A DNA stretch of 62,370 bases, the filler included, from Basidioascus undulatus (taxonomy: Eukaryota), in NCBI GenBank assembly GCA_000826855.1. It is 8 parts of 8 records of this genome, joined end to end, with 100 filler letters (N's around TTAATTAATTAA, not from the genome) between each part and the next. Parts side by side here need not be neighbours in the genome. Positions count along the whole stretch, not along the records: positions 36,540 to 59,737 come from JTLS01000272.1; 7 more parts are not named here. One strand, given 5' to 3'. Positions 39,727 through 51,762 of the stretch are shown here, one piece after another. The notes beneath the pieces are model-generated. The model did no database searches. It saw only the letters and a program-made list of their open reading frames with translations, and was not told the DNA's origin. Both the position numbers and the translations under genes were made by a program. Each line of letters starts with the position of its first letter. Position 1 is the first letter of the stretch.

Positions 39727-40652
39727 TCTTTTTGGATCTGTTGAGCCGGCGAGTGCGAGAGCTGTTGTGCTGCACCAGTTGAGTTTGCTGCTCCCCGAAG
39801 GCCACAGGGGATGTCCTTTTTTATATTCCTCTTGGGAGCAGGACCACTGAACTTAAGCTCAGTTGTTCCGCGCTCTGTATTAAAGCTTGTCCTCAGAAGT
39901 CTCACTCAACATCGACACTTGCAACGACTTCAGTTTCCCCTCTACCTCAGACACATTGGGGTCTTCCCATGTCTTCCCATGTCTTTCTCTGGCGAGCCAG
40001 ATCATCATTTAATCATGACAAGCATTGTGAGTTTCTTCGACAGTCTCGCCAGTGGCTAGCCCATGGGATCCCTCGTCCGCTCCCTGGGAAGACGTATTTT
40101 CACTTTGAGCTACAGTTGGTATGAAATGTTGGAATCAAAATGCATCGGATCCATTGGCATGCTAATATTACCGGCATTTGAGGAAAGAGCGGCCTTCCGA
40201 TTGGCTTCTATCGCGGGGCCATGACCCGAGCGGTAGCGACCGCCAGCCCGCCGTCGGCACGTCTGAGCGGTCGCAGTCCTCGCAGCCCGCTTTCACGCTC
40301 CGTTTTCGACCCGACACCATGCCTGCTTCTGTATCGCGAACTCTTTCGGATTGTTTTTACTTTATAAGATAAAAGATAATCTCTGTACTTATCGGGGGCT
40401 CCCGACGCGATCTCATGCGTATTCGCGAAGTAAGCTACGAGCTCGACTGGTCCGCGACCGGTGGTGCACTGCGGTCGACCCTCGCGGTCCTCTCGCGGCC
40501 GGGGCATCACCAAAGCCGCTTAGCGGGCCGCATTCCAAAAGACTTCTGAAGACTTCTTTCAGAAGTCTTCATCGACTCTCTCTTCTCGGACCACTCATCT
40601 TCCTAGCCGCGAGACCATCCACATCCTCCGCCCGCACACGCATCCATTCACG

Positions 40653-43504
40653 ATGGCCAATCCCCCCGCTCGCTCCAACAGCTTCAAGAAGAACAAGGGC
40701 AAGGCTGCCAAGCAGCCCATCAAGAAGTCCGATGACCCGCGCCTACCGGTTACGCTCCTGTCAGGCTTCTTGGGCGCGGGCAAGACGACCTTGCTCTCTT
40801 ATATTCTGAGCTCTAGGTGAGTACGGACGGGCTCCGGGCGCTGGAATTTGTTAATTCTTACGGGGAATCGCTGGTATTCAGGGAACATGGCCTTAAAATT
40901 GCTATTATTGTCAATGATCTCAGTTGTGAGTCTTCTCGCTCAGACACTCTTCCCCCTTTCGGTTTCGAATGCGCTCGCTGAACATCAAAACCAACCTTTG
41001 TAACAGCCCTGAATGTGAGCTTTTTATATGCTTTTCAGTTCTAAAAAGATAAGGAAAAACATCTCACAGGCTTTTCCCCATTAAGATCGACGCGGCCCTC
41101 ATCCAGAACCACAAGCTCACGCAGTCGAACGAGAAACTCGTGCAGATGCAGAACGGCTGGTGCGCATTGTGTTGTCTCGTTCTCCGGCCCATTCCCCAGT
41201 TGCTGAGGTGTCGTCTGTTACCTGTGCAGCATTTGCTGCACCCTCCGCGAGGACCTGCTCGAGGAAGTCTCCAAAATCGCTGCGGACGGCGGAATCGACT
41301 ATCTCCTGATCGAGAGCACCGGTTCGTCGTGGTATGGACATTCGGACTTACGGGGTATGGCTGACCAGCTTTGAGGTGCAGGAATTTCTGAGCCAATGCA
41401 AGTTGCCGAGACGTTCACGTTCGAGTTCGCGGAGCAGGCTGCGCAGATGGAGGCCGAGGGAGTCGAGCCGGGGGACGTAGCGCAGGGGAAGCTGGCGAAG
41501 CTGCTGGCTGCAGGCGGTTTGCCGAAGATTGTGTGTACCTTCTTCCTCAACATTTCCTTCCCAGAAGTAACTAAGCATGTTCCTCGCTCGCAGGCTCGCT
41601 TGGACACTTGCGTGACCGTCGTGGACGCTGTCCGTCGCAGTTTCAGTACTCGCGTAGAACGCTTTTGGCTGACAGCTTACGGGACGGCCAGGTCAACGTC
41701 CTCAACGACTTCGAAACCACAGATTTCATCACGGGTACGTTTCGCCAATTTGGTTCAGAGACCTGCCGCTGACCGTGCCGTGCTTAGACCGTCCTGCGGA
41801 GGCCGGCAATGGCGAGGTCGACCCGCAAGATGAGCGCAACGTCACCGATCTGTGCGTTATGAGGAAAAGCTCTTGCAACAAACCCGGGCATTTCTGACAT
41901 TCTCGCCGACCGACAGTCTCGTTGACCAGCTCGAGTTTGCGGACGTCGTTCTCGTCAACAAGACCGACGTACGTGCTTGCTCATGTCTGCCCTGGCAGGG
42001 CAAACCTCTGACGATGCCATACCTTTGCAAAGGTCGCCGACAAGAAGACTGTTGAGAAAGTCTTAAAACTCATCAAGGTCAGCCTTTCGCACTCACTCTG
42101 GGACACTCAGTTTTTGACTTTCCCCCTTTACAGACCCTCAACCCGCGGGCGAAGGTCATCCCCACCGTCCACTGCCGCGTCGAGCTCGCGGACATCATCA
42201 ACACTTACAGCTTCTCGTTCGAGGAGGCCGTCACGGGGGCTGGCTGGCTTCAGAGCCTCCGCGAGATGACTCCCCGCGTTCTTGCGAACGGCTCCACCAA
42301 GAGCGTTCCCAAGCCCGAGACGGAGGAGTACGGGTCAGTTGGTTTCTCGTCTACCCTTGAACTCAAACCGAATAGGACGGCAGCGCTGAATCTTTATGAG
42401 GAGTGAAGCATCTCGAACTTCGTCTACCGCCGCCGTCGTCCGTTCCACCCCGAGCGCCTCTGGAAGCTCATTTCGGACAAGTTTGTCGTGATCCAGAATG
42501 CGTGAGTTCAGAATCGGCCTCTATTCCATGCTTTCGCTGATTAGGTGGTGTGGGATAGCTACGAGGACATGCTCGAAGGTATCAACGTCTCGACCGAGAA
42601 CGGGGACGATGAGGAGGAGATGTCAGCACCCGGAGACGAGGAGGAAGTCGACGAGGAGGCGCAACCGCAGCTCGATCCCGCCGCTCGTTTGACCGCCAAG
42701 CGTGCAGACCCCGCTCTGGCGCCTGTTTTCCGCTCCAAGGGCTTCTGCTGGTTGGCCACTCGCAACACGCTCTTTGGGTGCGTTGCGATGCACTAGCACG
42801 AATGAACGGGCCCACGTTGACGCGGACTGCTTTCACAACAGGGAATGGAGTCAGAGCGGTGTGATGTTCACGCTGTCGGGTGGGCAAAACTGGTTCGTGT
42901 CGCAGCCGGAGGAGGTGAGTTCTTCGTCGAAGCTCTAACAGCCGACTGTGGTGCTGAACCCTGTTCGAAACGCGAATTCAGATGTGGGCGGACGGTGACA
43001 TGAAGGCGGTCGCTACCATCAAGGCAGACTTCAAGGGCGACTGGGGCGACCGTCGTCAGGAGATCGGTAAAGTCTCTTGTAGCTCATATTTGGAGTCTCC
43101 TGTACTGACAGGTGTGGCCTTCCCCTCCCCAAGTCTTCATCGGAGGAGGCGAGAAGCCGATGAACAAGGAGGCTCTGGAGGCGACCTTGGACGCGGCGCT
43201 GCTGAACGACGAAGAGTGGGCTGCTTGGGAGAAGGTGCGCAACCCAGCTATTTCAGATCTCGATGTAATTACGCCCTGATATAATTGAGGTCAACAGGTC
43301 ATGAAGTCGAAGAAGCTTTCGGATGAGCAGAAGGAGGAGAAGCTGCATGACTTGTTCGCAGATGGCTGTGCGTTGCAAACTTGGTTCTCAAAGTGTTCGG
43401 TCGCTGACGTGCTTCATATTGCAGTCGAAGACTGGCTCGACCCTCTCAACCCTCCTGAAGGCTTCAACGTCGAGGAGGGTCACGAGGGACACCACCACGG
43501 CTAG
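40653..43504 (+). CDS. COG0523/CobW G3E GTPase, probable zinc metallochaperone
   Basis: LPVTLLSGFLGAGKTTLL, IVND, QNGCICCTLREDLL, IESTGISEP, DQLEFADVVLVNKTD, FVYRRRRPFHPERL, RSKGFCWLATR, WGDRRQEIVFIG; His-rich end GHEGHHHG*. Confidence 0.95.
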
Positions 43505-43989
43505 AAAGAAAGACTCAACGCTCGAAGTCATGTCAACCGTTGTCTCTGCGAAAATATGAATTTGCTGCTTCTCTTTGACGCTGAACCGAGCTGGCTAGCG
43601 TTCGTGCATCTACATTTTCAACAATTTTTTTCAACCCTTCTAGTTAACATTGGGGAGGTTCTTGTCACACGACTTGCGTGCATGTGGCAGACCGGTGACT
43701 TGCCAGTTTGCCCGTCCGCCGTTTTCAGTCGCAAGTGAACAGAAATCTGGTTTGTGTCTTCAAACCTTTCAGAATACTTTATGCTCTCTCACACCATTAG
43801 AATCCTTACCTTCTCATGTACGCGTAGGCATCCGAAAACAGCTACACCTCGACACCATTCGTGCATCGGACGGCGCGATCACGCGGCTCCACTCAAAAGC
43901 TTGGCGTTTCGCTCCTCGCCCAGGATGAGGTTGTCCTGGACATCTCTGCCATGGCAAGCCGCAAGAATGCGCACCAATGGCGCAAGATT

Positions 43990-46100
43990 GCTCAAGGCAC
44001 CGAAGGAGCAAGAAGGAGGTGTAGGCCATGAAGACGATCTCTGGGCACATGCTGTGTCAGTGTGTCCTGCAGGTATTTCATGCATCGAAAGGCTCACACT
44101 GCAAAACGGAACAGCAACAACATCAACGTAGGCCTTCATGTCTTGAGGAGTGCTACCACGCATCGAAAGGCTAAAAACGTCGGGCGGAATAGCGGTACTC
44201 GCCGCGACAAGTGGTATGAGTTTGCCTAATCTTATATGGATTATTTCAACTTCGATGTGGGCGCACACGACGCAGGGCGGGAACCTCCTGATTTCGCTGG
44301 ACAGCGTCGAGTCTCACGATGAAGTTCGAGGGTGGCATGATCACCACGTGGAACAAGGTAAGCTCTGATGACTACGCAGTGCTGTCGAACAATTGCGCCG
44401 CTACAGGTACCCCTCCGCTCGTGCAGTTGTGCTTTACGGGGTGAGTACGCTGCCAGGTCTTGTCAGCAAAACGCTTACCCGAACGTGTTTTCCCCACGAC
44501 AGTGTGGCCGGACGCCGCACTGACCACCGGTGATTCCGGAGACTTCTACAATGATCATTCGTCCTATTCAAACGGGCAGGGGCTGTCACGATGCACCTGT
44601 GAAGGAGAGGTGCGCTGCACGGCATTCGCGCTTACCATGATCGTCAGCCGTTGAAGTTGACAATCTACCTCCAGATTCATCCCGGTCCTAAGCACTCTGA
44701 TGGAACGTTCAAAGTCCGCGGTGCTCCCGAGATTGATGTGCTCGAGGCTCAGGTTGACTAAACCACCAAGAAAGGTCAGCATCTCATGTCGCACATGATT
44801 TCTTCAGTAGCTGACGGCTTGGTCTTGAATTAAGGCCATTTGTCAATGTCCGGGCAGTGGTGTCCGTCGGTGCGTCTGACCTCTTGATTTAAAGCGTTTT
44901 TTCTGTTGCGTTCCGGCGCGCACGTATTGACCACGACTCGTTTCAAAGACTCTTACTATCAGTTCAACAACACTTCGGAAAACTACTGGCTCGGTAAGAG
45001 TGATGTTTAATTAGTCTCATCAAAATCCCACTTACCCGGCACTCGATAGGTGACCCCGAGTAAGCCTCTTGCGGTGTAGTGAAGAAAAGCTTCACATGAA
45101 TTCCGCTCACAACTGAATGGTCAGCCTCGACGAGCTGAATGTAACTTGGGCAGTGGACGAGAAGCAGCGCTTGAAGGTTTACGTTAGGCGACTTGTTTAT
45201 TTTTCCTACTTGAGTATCCCCCTCATCTCCCACTCGCTTTGCTTGTGCAGGCCCGGCCGTGGTCCCAACGATGGCAACAAGATCTCCGCTCGTATAATAC
45301 CAAACGAGCCTATGTACATTCTGCTGTGAGCTTGCGTGAGGCTTTGCAATACCGTGTCACCCTGAGCATTTCGTTGCTCTACAGAAACCTGGGCATTTCC
45401 TACAAGTACGTGGGCTCATCTTCAACACAGGGTGATAGCAGCTAAGTTTCTGGTGATCTTCATCACAGCTTCGGTGAGTTTTGCTCAAGGTCACGCTGCG
45501 TAGCATTGCTTGAATTGTTATCCCAGGTGGAATCACTTGGAGGGCCTTCAAGGCTCATGGCCCAACATCATGTATGTTGGTGAGTCCTGCGCAGCTCTAC
45601 GGAGGTCCAGCCTTCAAATTGCTAATGGCATCCGTCTGCGCAGAATGGGTTCGGTACGCCAGCAGACCATATTGTTCAATTTGGAGTTTCCAGCTCACCT
45701 GATGAGCGTGTCTCACAGCGTCTATCAACGCAAACGTCACCACAACATCGGTTGCGAACCTAAAGATTTCCCGGCTGCCGAGTAGTACGTCTACCCAACA
45801 AAGCCCCTGAGACCATTTTGGAGACGGCTAACGCCGATTGATGTCCACAATCAGCATTGCACGGTTCCCTTTCTCCCTGTGTTTTCAATGTTGATCAACG
45901 AATCTCTCGCAAAACCCGAATCTCACTGTGTCGGTCGCTTGTATCTCCTCGCCGTTTCTTGAACTGACAATTTTTCGTTACTGCCATTGCATATGGATGA
46001 TTGTTAAGTTCTTTTTAAATACATTGTCCTCCTTTGGCTGAAAGCCGTGTTGTGCAGGGGCCCCAAGGTCAAGAATGCACTTCACCCAGTCCGGGATGAT
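43990..46100 (+). pseudogene. Degenerate KRE6/SKN1-type GH16 beta-glucan synthesis protein
   Basis: GGMITTWNK.CFTG, GLSRCTCEGE, HPGPK..RGAPEIDVLEAQ, IIPNEPMYIL.NLGIS, VYQ..NIGCEPKDFP, NPNLT. Frameshift near 44318. The conserved GLWPA/GNLGRAGY block and the N-terminal TM region were not found. Confidence 0.75.
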
Positions 46101-46513
46101 GTTCGTAACAATTTGTATTGCTGGTGTTGGAGAAATACTACAGTATTGCGGTGTCCAGCCAACCTGCCAAACGGCGCTCAAAATTGTTCCCGAAGAGACG
46201 CTCACCAACACTGCGGCCTAGTTCTAGCTGCTGAGTCGAGCGCGGCTGGGGAAGGCCCGGTCCTGGGGGATGTCTCCGTTGCTTCACACTCTTTATGATA
46301 GGGACTCTTGCATCACAACCATTTCCATTTGGCCAGCTGCATTGCGTTACATATCCGATTCCTCTCATTTGTCGCAACGACGACGGACATGCGGATGGCA
46401 ACCAGTCAATCGCGAGCAGGCTGGGTGCAAAATGAGGCAAGGAGGCGTGTCCACCACAACGTTCATGATGCTTCTCAACAACTACACTAAGTTTATCGTG
46501 TAAGGGACCATTT

Positions 46514-48276
46514 CTAAATACAAGAATCGAGCCGAGCAGGACAGCGAACGGAACCGCGATCCCAGGAAGAGTCGCCAGGAGTCGTTGTCGTCGTCGCCGC
46601 CATCCCCGCTAGACCCACCATCCGAGTCGTCCCCTGCGCCAACAGTCTGTGCGGCCCCGACGCCGCCCGTCTCGGTGACGGCAACACTTGTCGCAGACTC
46701 GTAAGCGGAAGAGGCAGCAGCGGGGTCGGACTCGGTGTTGGCGAGGACGTTGTCGATAAGCTGAGGTCGGGAGAAACGACATCAGAGATTTCCGCAGCGG
46801 CGCACGATCACTGTGAAATGGGACTACGCACGTGAACCACACCGTTCTGGACGGAAATATCGGCCTAGATAATGCGAGCGTGACGTTGCCAGACTGCAAG
46901 AATGTCCGCGTTTTCAGCCTCGCTTGCCCTTCGAAGACTGCAACAAGACAAGCTCACCCAGACGAATGCGCCCGTGTCATTCTTGAATACGATCGAGGGG
47001 CACCGCCGGCGCTAGTCAGCTCAGTCTCGTCGGTGGTGATCACTGTCGAATACGCGACGGTGCCGTTGAGAACATGTACGACATGCCCTTGAGCGCAAAG
47101 AGTTAGACGGGAAGAACACAGACTCACGTGGTTGTACAATGCAGCTGCAACTTGAGCCTCGTCAAGCTGCTAAACAGTCTAGCCATAGCGCCGAAGGCAG
47201 CGTTCCTGTGGAAGCCGTCAGTATGGCGGTGGCGCGGGAGTCTGCACGCTGATGTGGGAGTCTCACGACGGGGCGAAGACTGTAATGCCGGTGGCGGTTT
47301 CCAACGCAGAGACAAGCGCTCCATCCTGCACCCGGAACGGGCAATGACAAGCTTGCTCAGGCCGGCAGCGGACGCTTTCTCAGAGATCGTCCGAGGGCAG
47401 GAGAGCGGACGCTTTCTCAGAGATCGTCCGAGGGCAGGAGAACCTGGGTCGATGATGAAGAGCTTTATGTTGGCGACTGTGGAGAATAAGAATTAGATAT
47501 GTGTACGGCTCATAAGAAACTTGTTAAGCCCACCGACTAAGCACCGATCCACCAGGCCTCATAGAGAGACTCACACATTAGCGGTTCCGGCCCGAACGAT
47601 GACATCCTGGCCTTCTTGGTCAAGAACGACGACCTGGGCACGACCAGGAAGATTGACACCCTCGCTCAGAAGCGAGCGGCCGATGTAGCGCGACGTCGTG
47701 GCATCATAATCGGTGCCATTGCCGGAAGACTGGAACGCGACGGAGCTGTTGAGGATACTGTATACACAGGCCGACTTAGCAGAAATCTCACGACGAGAGG
47801 CGAACAAGTCACGCACTGGTACCGCAAGATTTGCTCAACGGCGGCAGAGTCTGCCAAAGTCGCCTCGTCGACTGTTTCGAAAGCCTAGGTGGACCCTGTT
47901 CGCTACCGCGACGCCCAAAAAATTCCAAGAAACGGAAGAATTACCTCGTTGTTTGGAAGAAGAGCGGTCTTGTTGCCTTCTTGCAGAATCGAGAGGAAGT
48001 CGGCGTTGGGAAGCTCTTGCGTGACGTTTCTGTCCACGCTCTTTTCAGCCCTCTACGATATGGGGTGTTGTTGAAGAGAGCCCGAGTTACGCAAGAGTAG
48101 TGAGACCGTTCTCGTTCAGGATCTGAACCAACGTGCCGACTACCCTCGCACTCCTCTCAGCCCCCATAGTCGAGTTGTCAGAGCCCACCAGACTCACTGA
48201 AGTCACCGCCCGTGTCTTGCGCGAACGCGTAGGAAGCTCCGAGAGAGAGCGCAGCAGTCGTGACAGATAATTTTAT
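46514..48276 (-). pseudogene. Degenerate secreted two-FAS1 (fasciclin) protein
   Basis: Signal-peptide-like (I)KLSVTTAALSLGASYAFA begins at ATA instead of ATG. Motifs LNENGLTTL, GNKTALLPNNEAF, VNLPGRAQVVVL, TGITVFAP, VQNGVVH.IDNVLANTESDPAAASSAYESA. Several frameshifts. Confidence 0.75.
47367..47440. repeat. Perfect 37-bp tandem duplication
   Basis: AGCGGACGCTTTCTCAGAGATCGTCCGAGGGCAGGAG occurs twice in tandem within the fasciclin remnant. Confidence 0.95.
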
Positions 48277-49566
48277 GACCGTAAGTTGAAGGCGAGGGTG
48301 TGAAGCTTTGAGGAGCCATGCGACGTAGGAAGGAGCGATGAAGGAGGAGCGAGAACAACAGTGCATGTCACTTGCCCTTCACATCTGATGGGCGTGACTG
48401 ACTCCTCACCAATTCCGAGCATCCAGCGTCCAGGAACCCGACGTCAAGGAGATCGAAGCTCGGCAGTCCAAACAACGGCTTGGACGGAGGGTGTCTCGTG
48501 ACACACCGATGTGAAAAAAAATCGTTTCATATGCATGAAATACCTGAGGACACAGAAACTTACGGTGCCCAATACGACATATCGTTGGCTTCCCAGTACG
48601 GGTCATCTCCTGAAAGGATCGGCAGCAGTGTGAGTAACGAGCCACAGCGTTTCCCGCACAGGACGCACCGGGCTAGAAGGTGCGGCCATCCGAATTGAAC
48701 TCGGCCGAGAAAATTAAATCGCTGGGTGTATCGTGAATGCGAGCGTTCAGAACCTGTTTACTGGGGTCAGACTTTTCTCGAGCTGAGATTGAGGTCACGG
48801 GTGTACCCTGGTTGGGTGTACGCAGAAGACGGGGTGTCCGCGTCGATAAGTCCCTGTGACATTCGCGCTTCAATATGACAAGCGAAAGTAGGACGGAGAT
48901 AATACAAGTGGCTCTCCCTGCTCATCACCGGTGTCTGACCTGTTCTACCGTCTGATCAGGAACCATTGCGGGTCTGCGCCGGCATGCATGTGCTAGCAAC
49001 GCACCACTCCCGTTGATCGAACCCTGTGGACATGGTAAGCCCCTCTTCCCCTTGTTCAACTAAAGAAGCCTCACCAGGTTGTATGCACCTCCTTTGGATT
49101 GCTGAAGATTCCGCACAGCGATGACAACCCGATAGCCAAGACTTTCGCAGTGGTCAGTGCAAGGGTCGTAGCTTCGTTGCGCGACTCAAGACGGACAATA
49201 GCATCATGAGCGCAGCAGCTAGTACCGCCAAACAGCCCAGGTTCATGATACCTCGAGATGTGAGGATCGACCCTCCCGCGTCGACTTTGCTGTGGCAGGA
49301 CGAGACAGCGGCCGTTGAGCTGCTGAGCGTTCTGAGAGACCGAAAACAGACTTAGCCATCTCGCCGAGAGGATCAGGGGAGTGAGAAGCGTCGTCGGCCT
49401 CAGGTCCGTATATGGCACCACCCCAATCTAGAGGATGCCAACTCGTCGCGAAGCGCTCCGACGTGGAGGGCGACAGCGACACCTTGCTCCCGTTCACTTG
49501 TCGGTACGGGTCCCGTTCAAAGAACGGCTTGACGATAGACATGGTAGAGTAAGGACTGTGAAGAAT

Positions 49567-51228
49567 ATGAAGGCCTTGAGTTCGATTAGGTGAGTGGAGA
49601 CCGCGAGTGAGGAAGGTGACCACGAGCGAGGAAGGTGACCACGAGCGGTGGTTCCCAGAAAGTGGAGATGGTCGAAGCAGGTCAAGAGGTTCGGGCGTGT
49701 TTCCCCTGAGCGCGTATGCAGACCGTCCGATGCCCCGGACTTGGACAAGCATATCGAAATTGTGCAGAGGTAAAGGCGGAAACGGTCTTTGGGGACGCCG
49801 GCAGCCGCGAGCGCCGCGAGGCCCAAAGAGGTCTGAGGGAGGGCGTGCGGTACGTGGCCTCGTCGTCTCCCCTCCCCGCCCAGGCTTTGCATCCACCCCC
49901 TCCCCGCTGACCTACTTGCCTCACAGTGGAAACCCCCGCAGCCCAAGCTCCAACGTCGTCTACGCCCTCAAGTCGGGACCTTTTGCCGGGCGGCTTGCCG
50001 GAGGCGGCACTCGCGCGGGCGTTTTAGGGGGACGGGGATATGGGAGCGGGTGAGCCGCTTTGAGGCTGGAAAGAGGGAGAAGCGGGGAAGAAGATGCTGA
50101 CGGGAAGAATGTCCGGTATGGGCGCAGCTACCCTTTCTGTGGAACAGGAAGTGTCGACAAGCGGGGGGCACATTGAGGTTTCTTATCTTCCTCGTCGTGG
50201 CGGTGCTGATCGCAACATTTCTGCTGCAGTTGCCCCACGTCTTCTGGCCCGTTTTCACAGGCGCCGGCGCAGGTTACTTCGTGCGCGACAGTCCAGCTCC
50301 TTACGCTCGCCTGCGTCTTACGTTTATCTTCGCATTCACAGGGCTACAACCAGATGCACGGCTCGCGGCTCTCGGCCGACCGACCGGGCGGGCCCGAAGT
50401 CTTCGCTTCGTTCCTGCCTCCGACGAACGCTTCTCGAGCGGACTCGACGCTCTTCTTTATCGGCGGGGACCTGAACTCGGTGGAGGAGGTTCTGGAGGAG
50501 TGAGTGCATGAGGAAGGCGATATCGGGGTCGTTCGGGGAGTCAAAGCGACTGACCCGACGGATGGAAGGTTGGAGGAAGGGTGCAGTGTGCGCAATGGCA
50601 AGATCGGGTACTATGTCGAGAGTGGCGCGGGCGAGGGCAACGGAACGGCGTTTCCGAAGCCGGAGGAGGCGATCCAGTGAGTCGAGGAGCCTCCAAAGTT
50701 GATCTTGCTTTCGCAGCGTCTCTGAAGCTCTGTAAATCTCCGCCCAGGTATTACCGCGCCTCGACCTTCGTGCTCGCTCTCGAGGGATACAACTTTACCG
50801 ACGTACGCTGTCCCTCCCTCGTACTGTCCTCCCAAGACCGAACCTGACCCTTTTCACCAGCCTCTGCCCGTCGACGACCCCACAGCGACTGCGACTTCCG
50901 CGTTCCCGTCCAACTTCTTCTCCACAATCGCGAGCAGCACGTCCGTCCCTACCGCAACGCCGACGAGTGTTCGCGCTGCGCAGGTGCGGTGCCGGCGCGT
51001 CTGCCGGACGGGCTGGACCTTGCGTTCTTGGACTGCATCAACATGACGATTGGGAACGAGTCCATTTCTTCTCTTCTTTTGAATCGCGGGACAGCTCGTA
51101 CTGATGCTTTCTGCGCGAACAATAGAGTCCCGCTCATCGACTCTGCTCTCGAAAGGAGGGACGCTGGATCGGGGCTGTGGCTTCTCGCGATGTGGCTGTC
51201 GGTTATGGTTGTCGGCGGGATGATTTGA
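49567..51228 (+). pseudogene. Basidiomycete uncharacterised surface glycoprotein (possibly GPI-anchored) with an apparent frameshift; start uncertain
   Basis: GPFAGRLAGGGTR..YGSG, FWP, DRPGG, PKPEEAIQYYRASTFVLALEGYN, FLDCINMTIGNRVPLID and a hydrophobic C-terminus. The frame change near 50975 is not explained by an obvious intron. Confidence 0.6.
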
Positions 51229-51762
51229 GGAGACGTCTCGAAGGCTGCTTTCAAGGCTGAGGGGTCACCTTTGAGCGGTTTGGGTGTGAGCACTTTGGCT
51301 TAATTATTGGATCTTGTCATCGTTTGTGGAAATTGTATGCGTGGACGAAAATTCTTACTCATCCGTCGCATGCTGTGCCGTGTTGCATTTCAGTGCCATG
51401 ACGCATTAGGTACAAATGTTCAACGATAAATGGGCGTCGAAACTGCATGAGAATTAAAGTCCAGTCTGCCGCGGGTTGAAAGCAAGGGGTCGAGAGCGTC
51501 CACCGTTCTGCTCGTTCACGCGACGGTGGCTGCATGCAAATGGAAAACTGTAAGCATTCCCCGAGAGCGCCTTTCCATGTCGGCCCAGCTGCTTGTTATC
51601 GAGTACCTGAAGAGCAATGAAGGACATGGGACGTAAGACTGAAGAACACCCTGTCTGCAGGCGTCGTCGCGCTGCCTGCGCACCGCAGTCCAAACTTCAG
51701 GCCGTGTGACACCTGCACATGAATTCAAACGTTCAAGCATTTCATGTAAATCTTCAATCGCT

